From NCBI GenBank assembly GCA_035295125.1, contig DATGJP010000095.1, forward strand, positions 4,308-28,307: a stretch of 24,000 bases of DNA, read 5' to 3'. Shown one piece after another: positions 1 to 7,951 of this stretch. Position 1 is the stretch's first letter. The number at the start of each line of letters is the position of its first letter. The notes under the pieces were generated by a model, which saw only the letters and a program-made list of their open reading frames with translations, searched no databases and was not told where the DNA came from. Source of the stretch: Bryobacteraceae bacterium (GTDB taxonomy: Bacteria > Acidobacteriota > Terriglobia > Bryobacterales > Bryobacteraceae). Made by a program: the position numbers and the translations under genes.

Positions 1-606
1 GATGACTCCGATCTTCCATCTGCCCTCTCTCTTCTTTCGGCAGAACTGGAATCAAAGAGGCAACGGGCCTTTGTCGTACATCGCATCGATCGTCAGACGT
101 CTGGGATTCTGCTCTTTGCAAAAACCTGGCCAGATCGAGAAGCACTCGTTCAACAGTTTATCCGACACACCCCGGTGAGGGAATATCTCGCAGCAGTTCG
201 CGGTCATCTCCGCTTGAAAGAAGGGACACTCGTTCATTACTTTCGGCAACAAGGAATGTTTCAAAAGGTGACCACAGAAAGGGATCCAAAATCGGCTCGC
301 GCTGAACTTCGCTATTCCGTGGAACATCGCCTTAAGGACGCATCGCTCGTCCGAGTCTCGCTGGTGACGGGATTACAAAATCAAATCCGTGTTCAGTTGT
401 CAGCGATCGGCCACCCGGTCATCGGCGACAGCAAGTACAACCCAGCCGAAAAGCTGGAAAGGCGAATTACTCGCGTCGCTCTCCACGCGGCGCATCTTCA
501 GTTCATTCATCCACGATCTGGAGACAGCGTTTGCGTTGACTGCGAACCTCCTCCGGACTTTCATGCTCTTCTTCAGGCGTTAGGGTTCGGTCCGAGTCGC
601 GCGTGA
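1..606 (+). CDS. RluA-family pseudouridine synthase, 5'-truncated by the window edge
   Basis: Frame 1 is open from nt 1 to the TGA at 604-606. The translation contains HRIDRQTSGILLFAK (the HRxDxxTSG catalytic-Asp motif of RluA-type pseudouridine synthases) and a C-terminal GHPVIGDSKY...ALHAAHLQFIHP block typical of the family. The ORF-track Met at 175 is internal. Confidence 0.85.
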   Translation, partial: DDSDLPSALSLLSAELESKRQRAFVVHRIDRQTSGILLFAKTWPDREALVQQFIRHTPVREYLAAVRGHLRLKEGTLVHYFRQQGMFQKVTTERDPKSARAELRYSVEHRLKDASLVRVSLVTGLQNQIRVQLSAIGHPVIGDSKYNPAEKLERRITRVALHAAHLQFIHPRSGDSVCVDCEPPPDFHALLQALGFGPSRA

Positions 607-1059
607 TCCGGCCGGAGTTGGGCGACGCCAAGCCGACTTGCCGTTCCCCAATCCGCCAAGTATCGAGTTGTGTTGCGATTCGCGGCGCGCGCTCGATCGC
701 ACTGCAGGCCTGTTGTTGCATGCAACGCGATTGTGCGTAATCACTTCAGTAGCCTTGCGGGCCGGCATCAAAGCCGCGTATGTCAGACCGGTGAACTCCT
801 GCAACGCCAGAGCATAATCAAGCTGCGGAGTGTGCGGCGAACGGACCGCGATTTAACCTTATCGCCGATCCTCAGTAGGATCTTGCCGGGCGCACCATTG
901 GCGCAGGTTTCGCGAGCCTCTGAGCGGAGGACAGTGCATACGGCTGGCGCGGAGAAGAGGCGACTTTCTGGCCCAGCGCCGGAGCATTGCGCCGCGCCGA
1001 CGACAGGTCATAAGGGTTCATTTGTGCTTTCTTGATTATCTCAGCCATAACGTTCTCTT

Positions 1060-2439
1060 CTATTCTGAAGGCTCCAAGTAGAAGTTCCAAAAGCTATTTG
1101 TTAGCATAACATCCCCCGTCATCACGCGGAAAACGGACGCCGAAACGGTCTCGCGCAAGATGTGGTAGGTCACGTCCGCCACCACCTTTTTCTCAATCGT
1201 GAATTCCAGTCGACTGGTCAGGATCCGATAGATTAACTCGGCGCAGTCTTCGATGTTTCTGACCACGAGGACACCATTGGCTACGCCCGTATCGAGGTTC
1301 ACCTGCACTCCGAGCGGATGATCTTCACGCAATGTACTGGCGCGCCGCTCATAGTGCTCGGTCGCCGTTTTGACGAGCAAGGCGAATGCAGCATCCTCAT
1401 CCATTGCTTTCGGGTCATCGATCCATAACCGGACTGTGGGATTGCTCCAGGCGAGCGTCGGCGCAAGCGCCTGCAGTCGGTCGAGGATCGTCGCGGCGAT
1501 AGATTGTGAATAGAGTGTCGACAGGAACCGAACCGACTTGCGTATTTCGCCCTCTGTAGCAGAGGGCACATATGCCACGACAGGTTTTCCCTGCGCCAGG
1601 GTAGATGCCAGTTCCGAGTCCTTGCCGAGAGTGTCTGATTCCTGAGCCAAGTACAGGGTGCATTTTGCCCGTTTGAGCATCAGAGCTTCTGCAAGCCCTT
1701 TGTCAATGCGGTCCGAACAATATGCCAGCGTGGGGTCAAACCAACGCAGTTTCAAGTCTTGTAGTCGTTCCTGCTCGAAAAGGCGCTTGGTGAACTGAGC
1801 GATTTCTACATACTCGTGCCGCCGACGCATAGACGTTGCGACATAGACGTCCAGATGATCCGAGACCAAATATGCGTGCTGATTGCGGAGACCTCGCAGA
1901 CGGATTTCGTTGAGGAGGGCTCGTTCGGCGAGCGCCGAGGCGTCATCCGGATTGTCTCTAATGCGCTGGTCTAGTTCGCGCTGGACAACGTACCCCAGGT
2001 AATACGTCTGCTGCGGGTCAATTGGATCGACAGGAATCACGGGATCATGTCGCCTATTGAACACGTCATCAGTGATCGGCTGAACCAAATCGTAGAAATA
2101 CGAGAGTTCGTCCGTACTGCGCGATAGCGTTTTAAAGCCAAATTTCACATTTCCGAAGAATAGTAATGATAGTTTCCGGGCCCTATCCACGGCAGATTCG
2201 AACTCCGATATGGAACCGACGCCCGAGCCGGGTTTGTAATCCAAAGTGCCATCAACAAGGAACTGAAAGAACGCATGCGTGACGCGGTCATACCCGAGCA
2301 GAAGCAGCATCTCGTTTAACTGGCTGTACCCCAAGCCACTCGGTGGAAATGCTGTAATTTGAGACAGTGCTTCCGGTCGTGGAGCGGCCTGGCCCGTCAG
2401 AGCTTCTAAAAGTTGACCGATCCTTCCTGGTTCGCGCAT
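1060..2439 (-). CDS. Orphan 459-aa hypothetical protein with a central nucleoside 2-deoxyribosyltransferase-like / SLOG-like Rossmannoid segment
   Basis: Uninterrupted 459-codon ORF. The central region reads HLDVYVATSMRRRHEY...WFDPT...LYLAQESDTLGKDSELASTLAQGKPVVAYVP, which by eye resembles the strand-helix start and the D/E..G(T/K)..E...GKPV closing motif of NDT-like/LOG-like folds. The N-terminal (~190 aa) and C-terminal (~150 aa) parts carry no motif I recognise. There is no clear Shine-Dalgarno before the ATG at 2439. Confidence 0.7.
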   Translation of the reverse strand: MREPGRIGQLLEALTGQAAPRPEALSQITAFPPSGLGYSQLNEMLLLLGYDRVTHAFFQFLVDGTLDYKPGSGVGSISEFESAVDRARKLSLLFFGNVKFGFKTLSRSTDELSYFYDLVQPITDDVFNRRHDPVIPVDPIDPQQTYYLGYVVQRELDQRIRDNPDDASALAERALLNEIRLRGLRNQHAYLVSDHLDVYVATSMRRRHEYVEIAQFTKRLFEQERLQDLKLRWFDPTLAYCSDRIDKGLAEALMLKRAKCTLYLAQESDTLGKDSELASTLAQGKPVVAYVPSATEGEIRKSVRFLSTLYSQSIAATILDRLQALAPTLAWSNPTVRLWIDDPKAMDEDAAFALLVKTATEHYERRASTLREDHPLGVQVNLDTGVANGVLVVRNIEDCAELIYRILTSRLEFTIEKKVVADVTYHILRETVSASVFRVMTGDVMLTNSFWNFYLEPSE

Positions 2440-2889
2440 GTGCGTTTGTCGTGCTCATGCTATCACCTTTTCCCACTACTCCCGACTTTGGCCAAGATGG
2501 TTTGAGTCAATGCTCTCTCGACCCTGCGCCGATGCACTCCGAGGCTCAGAGGACGACGTGCATGCATTCAACAACAGAATTCGGGGGCATTACTACCCAC
2601 AAACGCGCTTGTATCCGCCGATGACGAGCTCCGTCGGGATTGTCGGCATTCCGTACAAAGGTCGGTACCGAACCCGCATTCTCCGTACGGCGCCTTACTC
2701 GTCCAGGTTCGACTATAGACTTACCTGTAAAGTGAACTACACTAGCGCCCCATAATCAGCGCATAGCGCGAATAGGCCGGTTTCACCGTTTTGATCCCCG
2801 AAATAGTTACTATGCAAACGTTCTGCAAAAGTCCCGGCCCATGACCATTTGTTGGCGGAACCGCAACTAAACTTGTTCGTCTACTCAGT

Positions 2890-5304
2890 ATGCACGATCT
2901 TCGATACGCCGTCCGCCTTATTCGACAGAATTGGGCGTTTTCTCTTACCGTCATCGTGATTCTCGCGCTCTGCATCGGTGCCAATACGGCCGTTTTGTCA
3001 ATCGTCAACGCGGCCATCGTCCGGCCACTCCCTTACCCTGAGCCAGACCGGCTCGCCGCGCTGGCTCGAACGTACAAAAACGATCACAATCTCTACTCAT
3101 CCGTCGACGGCACGGATTGGGAAGTCATTCGCGATCAAGCCAACGCGGTCCAAGCGGCCGCCTACCCTTACCGCGGAAGCTTGGGCGGCGGGGTAAATTT
3201 GGGCCTCGATGGCCGAGGCGTCTTTATCCACCAGGATCGCGTTTCGGCGGGCTTCTTCAAGGTTTTGGGAATTCCGCCGCTCATCGGCCGCGAATTCACG
3301 CTCGATGAAGACCGCGAAGGCGGACCGCGTGCCGCCATGCTGAGCTACAACGCCTGGCAACGATTTTTTCACGGCGATCGAGCGATTATCGGCCGCGAAA
3401 TTCACCTTCGTGGCGAGCCCTATACCGTCGTCGGTGTGATGCCGAAGGGTTTTCGATTCGAAGTCGACACGGAAGTTTGGACACCGCTCAAGCCGTCGAC
3501 AAAAGGCGAAGGCGAAAACTCGAATTATCGCATGATCGCACGGCTGCGGCCAGGAGTGAGTTGGGAGCAGGCGCGCACACAGATCGCTCAGCTGAGCGAC
3601 GAAGTGCGGCGGAGGAAGACTTATGACAATGCCAACTTTACGCTCGGGCTCGCTGGGATTCAGGAAACCATCACGCGCGATCTGCGCCAGCCGTTGATGA
3701 TTCTCTGGGCCGCGGTCGGGGCCGTGTTCGTGCTTGGCTGCGTGAATATTGGAGGCATGCTGCTCGCTCGCGCTTCCGGTCGCGTGAGCGAGATTTCGAC
3801 CCGGCTTGCGCTGGGCGCGCCGGTGAGACGAATCATACGACAGCTTCTCACCGAAAGTCTCGCACTGGGAATGATCGGCGGCGCGGCGGGCGCCGGCGTT
3901 GGATGGGCCGGATTGTTAGCACTGCGCGATTTGGGAGCCGGCACGTTTTCGTTCCTCGAACAGGTCGATTTCGATTGGCGCGTTCTGGCCGCGACGCTGA
4001 TGCTGACGTTGATTGCTGGCATCGGATTTGGATTAGTTCCTGCCTGGCAAGCATCGCGAGTTGACCTGCGATCCGTGCAAACCGGCTCACGAACTATCGC
4101 CGGACGCAAGCGACTCCTGCCGCTCGGAACGCTGGTCGGGGGGCAGGTCGCCCTGACTGTCCCGTTGCTGATCGGCGCCGGACTTCTGCTGCATACGTTT
4201 TTGCATTTGTGGAACGTCAACCCCGGCTTCGATCCGAATCACGTCATGACCGCGCGATTCTCCTTGCAGGACGCGCGCTACGGGACGTCGCAAAAAGTCG
4301 GCCAGTTGTTCGATCGCGCGATCGAGCGCCTTCGCGAAACGCCTGGAATCGAATCCGCCGCCGCTAGCCTGGCCCTGCCGTATCAGCGCGGCTTGAATGC
4401 GGGCGTCAAGCTTCCGGGCAAGGACCAGTTCGAGACGACGAACAGCGTCTACGTCACTCCTGGGTTCTTCGAAACTCTGCGCATCCCCTTGCTCGAAGGC
4501 CGCTTGTTCACCGCCGCCGACGGCGCGAATTCGACGAAAGTCGTGATCGTCAATGAGGCGTTCGTCAGCCACTATCTCAAGAACCAGTCCGTGACCGGCC
4601 AGGTGCTCGGATTCGACCATGATCGTCTCCAGATTGTCGGCGTGGTGGGAAGCGTTGAGGAACACGCCGGCTTTGGCGATTTCGCTCCCGTTGCGCATGT
4701 TCCCACGGCCTACACTCTTGCGTCGCAGACCAGCGACGATCTTCTAAAAATACTGCACGGATGGTTCTCGCCCAATTGGATCGTGCGCAGCTCGATTCCG
4801 GATCGCAGGCTGTCGGTCGCGATCGAACAAGCGATCCAGTCCGTCGATCCCATGCTGCCGATTTCAGAATTTCGATCGATCAACGATGTCAAGGCCCAAT
4901 CGCTCACGCTGGAGCGATTTCTCGCCGCGCTGGTGAACGCGCTCGCCGTGCTCGCCGCTTTGCTGACTACGCTCGGAATTTATGGTTTGATCGCGAATCT
5001 GGTTGCCGAGCGAACCAAAGAGCTCGGGATTCGCATGGCGCTCGGGTCGACGGCGATGCAAGCAATGGGTGTGGCGCTGAAACCGGCGCTGGTTCGCGTG
5101 CTGGCAGGTGTCGTGATCGGTGCCGCCGCCTCGATCGGCCTCGAGCGATTGCTCAAGAGTTTCTTGTGGGGTGTTCAGCCGGGCGACCCGATCACTTTGC
5201 TAGCGGTCGGCGTGGGATTACTGCTCGCGACTGTAATCGCGGCGCTTGCGCCATCGTTACGCGTTATTCGATTGAATCCAGCGGATACGCTACGAGCAGA
5301 GTAG
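2890..5304 (+). CDS. ADOP-family duplicated permease (MacB-like periplasmic domain + FtsX domain, twice)
   Basis: 804-aa ORF. The N-terminus DLRYAVRLIRQNWAFSLTVIVILALCIGANTAVLSIVNAAIVRPLPYPEPDRL and the C-terminus LRVIRLNPADTLRAE match the characteristic ends of Acidobacterial duplicated orphan permeases. Two hydrophobic FtsX-like 4-TM blocks lie near aa 280-400 and 680-800. Confidence 0.9.
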   Translation: MHDLRYAVRLIRQNWAFSLTVIVILALCIGANTAVLSIVNAAIVRPLPYPEPDRLAALARTYKNDHNLYSSVDGTDWEVIRDQANAVQAAAYPYRGSLGGGVNLGLDGRGVFIHQDRVSAGFFKVLGIPPLIGREFTLDEDREGGPRAAMLSYNAWQRFFHGDRAIIGREIHLRGEPYTVVGVMPKGFRFEVDTEVWTPLKPSTKGEGENSNYRMIARLRPGVSWEQARTQIAQLSDEVRRRKTYDNANFTLGLAGIQETITRDLRQPLMILWAAVGAVFVLGCVNIGGMLLARASGRVSEISTRLALGAPVRRIIRQLLTESLALGMIGGAAGAGVGWAGLLALRDLGAGTFSFLEQVDFDWRVLAATLMLTLIAGIGFGLVPAWQASRVDLRSVQTGSRTIAGRKRLLPLGTLVGGQVALTVPLLIGAGLLLHTFLHLWNVNPGFDPNHVMTARFSLQDARYGTSQKVGQLFDRAIERLRETPGIESAAASLALPYQRGLNAGVKLPGKDQFETTNSVYVTPGFFETLRIPLLEGRLFTAADGANSTKVVIVNEAFVSHYLKNQSVTGQVLGFDHDRLQIVGVVGSVEEHAGFGDFAPVAHVPTAYTLASQTSDDLLKILHGWFSPNWIVRSSIPDRRLSVAIEQAIQSVDPMLPISEFRSINDVKAQSLTLERFLAALVNALAVLAALLTTLGIYGLIANLVAERTKELGIRMALGSTAMQAMGVALKPALVRVLAGVVIGAAASIGLERLLKSFLWGVQPGDPITLLAVGVGLLLATVIAALAPSLRVIRLNPADTLRAE

Positions 5305-5485
5305 CTGGGCCGGTTCCGCTTCCTTTCGACCTCTTCACCTCGTCAGATCTGGAAGCACTTGCCGATCTGCTCATGCAAATCAGGCGGAGTTCCGCGCGTA
5401 GGAGCATCGGGCATCGCCCAGCGCAGGCCGCCTCCGACTTCGGAACAGTCGAGCGTACTCCTCCTTCGGGCGATTCCACCCCTAA

Positions 5486-5611
5486 CAGCCCGTGGCAGAA
5501 ATCGGGCAGGCCGAATACCCGCCCCACCTTGGCTCGCAACCTGTTGAGCCCTCAAGGTGGCGCAGGCGGTTTCGCCTGCGCATGCTTCTCAAAGACTTCT
5601 GCCACGGGCTG
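5486..5611. repeat. Nested inverted-repeat structure: 15-bp perfect outer stem enclosing two hairpins
   Basis: Outer arms are cagcccgtggcagaa (5486-5500) and ttctgccacgggctg (5597-5611), which are exact reverse complements. Inner hairpin 1 is ccaccttggctc (5524-5535) paired with gagc-cct-caaggtgg (5546-5560). Inner hairpin 2 is gcgcaggcg-gttt-cgcctgcgc (5560-5581), a 9-bp perfect stem. The structure directly abuts the stop codon of the truncated IS91-type ORF. Confidence 0.75.
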
Positions 5612-6190
5612 CTAATGCAAACATTTCGCTTTCAATTCGTATTGAAGCGTCGAGCAGCACGGAAGACCGCACGTAACCAGAAATTCGGCCAGCACCAAAT
5701 GAAGGTGGGGATGGTGCAGGAGATTTTGCCCCTTTGTCTGAAGCAGGCTGAGAAAGCCAATCTCGGCACCGAGATGTTTTGGATCGGCGGCGATCTCCAG
5801 CAGGGTCGCCGCACTGGGTCGAAACAGGAGCGTATACAGAATCTTTTTGTTGTGAAAGGCCAGCGGAGCTAGTTCATGCGGAAGTGTGAAGACCACGTGC
5901 ACATAACGAACTGGTAGCAGATCTGCGGTGCGAGCGGCGAGCCATTTATCGCGAGCGTTGGTCTGACACTCTGGACAATCGCGATTGCGGCAGGAGTTAT
6001 AGGAGATGGCCACGGTATGACCGCTGCGAGAACACCGATGACGGTGGCCGCCGAGTGCTGCAGTGCGACATCGCTCGATCGCGGAGAGTACCCTCAGGTG
6101 CAGCCCGGTCAGCCAGGAACGATGTTTCTCGATGAAGCTTTCGCCTACCGCACGGACAATGTCGGCCACCTCGAAGGGTGGCCGATTCAT
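5612..6190 (-). pseudogene. IS91-family (Y2 HUH rolling-circle) transposase, 3'-truncated and degenerate
   Basis: The N-terminal zinc-binding region is CRTAALGGHRHRCSRSGHTVAISYNSCRNRDCPECQ, where the usual CxxCGH is degraded to CSRSGH. This is followed by VHVVFTLPHELAPL and GQNLLHHPHLHLV (family motif HTWGQxLxxHPHxHC). Family similarity stops at about aa 166 (~nt 5693), and the remaining 26 codons are unrelated. Intact relatives are roughly twice this length. Confidence 0.8.
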
Positions 6191-6253
6191 CCCTTCTTCT
6201 CGCTGTTATTCCGATGCTTGACTCCGAGCGCTGGCCGCTTCAGGTCGCTTTGG

Positions 6254-6388
6254 CTAGCGACCGGTAACTGGTCCATTGCCGAAGTGTTTGGCGAACGCAG
6301 CAACAACCCGCAGGTAGCCGCGGATGGTAGCCTCAGAATAGTTACGACGCTGGAGTTCCTCCAGCATCAATTTGCGTAAATGGGTCAC
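6254..6388 (-). pseudogene. Tyrosine recombinase (phage-integrase family) N-terminal SAM-like stub, 44 codons
   Basis: GTG at 6388 is preceded by AAGGAG with a 6-nt spacer. The translation VTHLRKLMLEELQRRNYSEATIRGYLRVVAAFAKHFGNGP matches the N-terminal core-binding helix pattern (LRxRMxEDLxxRNYSxxTxxxYxxxVxxFAxHFGKSP) of integrases that sit upstream of IS91-type transposases. It then hits a stop at 6254, and the catalytic domain is absent. Confidence 0.6.
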
Positions 6389-6427
6389 AGGAATCTCCTT
6401 TTCTGTGACCCAACCTATTGTTTTTCG

Positions 6428-6625
6428 ATGGCGAGTGAAATCAGAGACCGAACTTTCACGGTTCGATTCAAGAGCGGAGACACACAACCAGTGGTTGCGG
6501 CTTCCTACCGTGCCGAGGCTGATGCGCTAATCTTCCTCAACGCAGGTAAGGAACTCGTCGGCCTCTTCGACCTTACTGAAGTCGCCGACTGGGATCCAAA
6601 GCTCCCTGAAGACACACACGCGTAG
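6428..6625 (+). CDS. Small hypothetical protein (65 aa)
   Basis: ATG at 6428, TAG at 6623-6625. The composition [65 protein letters not shown] is balanced and not the Arg/Pro/Ala-rich type typical of off-frame ORFs in this DNA. There is no obvious RBS and no recognisable family. Confidence 0.3.
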   Translation: MASEIRDRTFTVRFKSGDTQPVVAASYRAEADALIFLNAGKELVGLFDLTEVADWDPKLPEDTHA

Positions 6626-7124
6626 CGTCCGCCGCGCCAGCGGCTTAGTTCAAACGCCCACATCACCGAAGACAGTCACTTCCTGGAGAAGGACGCGATT
6701 TTATATCCATAAACAGCGCCGCTACCGACGACCAGCCATAGGATTGCATCCTGGAGCGGTGATTACCCGACAAGCACCCATCGCCGATCCGCACGATCAC
6801 AACATTCCAAAACATACCCAACCCGCCGCTATCCCATTCACACCGCAAGCTTTCAGGCTCATTAGTCCTCATCCACCTCTACGCAGTCTCCTCACCCCAA
6901 CGTCTACCCTGAAACCGTGCAGGCAACCCAGGGTCTGCCCCCGATCTTTGAAATTCGAATATCCACCGAAACGCGCGACGCAGAGTCAAAATTTTCCGTC
7001 GCAAACGGCCCATTTTTGCGTCGCATTTCCGCGCTCTTTCAGCGTTTTCAATTACATCCACCGTGTGTGCAGCAGCCATGTAGAAGCTGCTCAATACTCC
7101 AGACCCGGTGCTATCATCGACCAT

Positions 7125-7910
7125 ATGAAACTAGCCGGTAAAACGGTCGTCGTGACCGGTGGGGCCAATGGAATTGGCCGTGCGCTGTGCCGCCGATTCG
7201 CCGCGGAGGGCGCGCGCACAGTGGTCGTAGCCGATGTGGATGACGCCGCCGCGCAGGCAGTAGCCGCTGAAATAGGCGGCCACGCGATTCGCACCGATGT
7301 TCGGAAAGAATCCGACATCATCGCCCTCGTCGATCGCGTCCAAAGCGAATTCGGCGCCATCGATCTGTTCTGTTCGAATGCCGGAATCGGAGTCGAGGGT
7401 GGCGTTGAAGTGTCCGATAGCGAGTGGCAGCGCATCTGGGAAATCAACTTCATGGCTCACGTCTGGGCCGCCCGCGCCGTCCTTCCCTCCATGCTCGAGC
7501 GCGGCGAGGGATACCTCCTCCAAACCGTTTCCGCCGCCGGCCTGCTGACTCAGATCGGTTCCGCACCTTACGCCGTCACCAAGCACGCCGCGCAATCGCT
7601 CGCAGAGTGGCTCGCCATTACCTACGGAGATCGCGGCATTAAGGTTTCCGCGCTGTGCCCGCAAGGTGTGAAAACGCGAATGCTGGAAGATGCCGAGTTC
7701 GGTGGCGGAACATTCATTCTCGAAACCGCGATCGAACCCGAAAAAGTGGCCCAGGCTGTGGTCGAAGGTCTCGACAAGGAAACGTTCCTGATTCTGCCCC
7801 ATCCCGAAGCCGCCGAGTACATGCGCCGCCGCTCCGGGGACATCGACCGATGGCTGCGCGGCATGCGCAGGCTGCAGGCGGACTATCAACCCCTCAAAGC
7901 CAAAGCCTGA
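7125..7910 (+). CDS. Short-chain dehydrogenase/reductase (SDR) family oxidoreductase
   Basis: The start was chosen at [30 protein letters not shown] (classical TGxxxGxG Rossmann motif 8 aa from the Met). NAG is present in CSNAGIG, and the catalytic YxxxK is in APYAVTKHA. The ORF-track start at 6744 adds a Pro-rich low-complexity extension that I reject. Confidence 0.9.
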   Translation: MKLAGKTVVVTGGANGIGRALCRRFAAEGARTVVVADVDDAAAQAVAAEIGGHAIRTDVRKESDIIALVDRVQSEFGAIDLFCSNAGIGVEGGVEVSDSEWQRIWEINFMAHVWAARAVLPSMLERGEGYLLQTVSAAGLLTQIGSAPYAVTKHAAQSLAEWLAITYGDRGIKVSALCPQGVKTRMLEDAEFGGGTFILETAIEPEKVAQAVVEGLDKETFLILPHPEAAEYMRRRSGDIDRWLRGMRRLQADYQPLKAKA

Positions 7911-7951
7911 ATTGAGAGGACAAGCTGAAGCTTGGCTCACCAGACAACAAT

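Larger units (their letters stand above)
5612..6388 (-). mobile_element. Decayed integrase + IS91-family transposase element remnant
   Basis: A collinear integrase stub and a truncated transposase lie on the same strand, 63 nt apart. Each retains its 5' end and has lost its 3' part. They sit in a ~1.8-kb stretch (5305-7124) with no convincing intact gene. Confidence 0.6.

Noticed and set aside
715-726. Perfect 12-bp palindrome GTTGCATGCAAC
   Set aside because: Several such 6+6 palindromes are expected by chance in 24 kb, and this one has no clear gene context.
872-1048. 58-codon minus-strand ORF 11 nt downstream of the 459-aa gene (MAEIIKKAQMNPYDLSSARR...)
   Set aside because: Its Ala/Arg/Pro/Ser-rich composition is like off-frame high-GC ORFs, the RBS is weak and there is no motif. 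I cannot support it as a gene. The interval 607-1059 as a whole yielded no convincing ORF in any frame, including attempts to join 580-804 and 872-1090 by a frameshift.
2706-2712. GGTTCGA, resembling a tRNA T-loop, in the 2440-2889 intergenic region
   Set aside because: The flanking bases do not form a T-stem (tccag / tatag are not complementary), and no acceptor or anticodon arms can be drawn.
2813-2829. Direct repeat TGCAAA-N5-TGCAAA ~60 nt upstream of ADOP permease 1
   Set aside because: It is too short to be significant and does not match the PadR-type palindromes I know.
3660-4698. Minus-strand ORFs of 186 aa and 203 aa
   Set aside because: They are antisense to ADOP permease 1 and are shadow ORFs.
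5305-5611. Search for the missing C-terminal half of the IS91-type transposase in other minus-strand frames
   Set aside because: Translations of all three minus-strand frames show none of the expected downstream IS91 motifs. The 3' half appears deleted rather than frameshifted.
4761-5615. 284-aa plus-strand ORF overlapping the end of ADOP permease 1 and running into the intergenic region
   Set aside because: It is an alternative frame of the ADOP gene, has Arg-rich low-complexity composition, and the ADOP frame is strongly supported.
6975-7025. Motif TGCGTCGC(A): inverted copies at 6975-6982 / 7017-7024 and a near-copy at 6995-7003, upstream of the SDR gene
   Set aside because: An 8-bp inverted repeat within 50 nt is expected many times by chance in 24 kb. 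With no further support, it is noted only as a possible operator.
6744-7124. 127-codon N-terminal extension of the SDR ORF suggested by the ORF track
   Set aside because: The extension is Pro/Thr/Ser-rich low complexity produced by the C-rich tract. SDRs start a few residues before the TGxxxGxG motif, and an ATG sits exactly there (7125).
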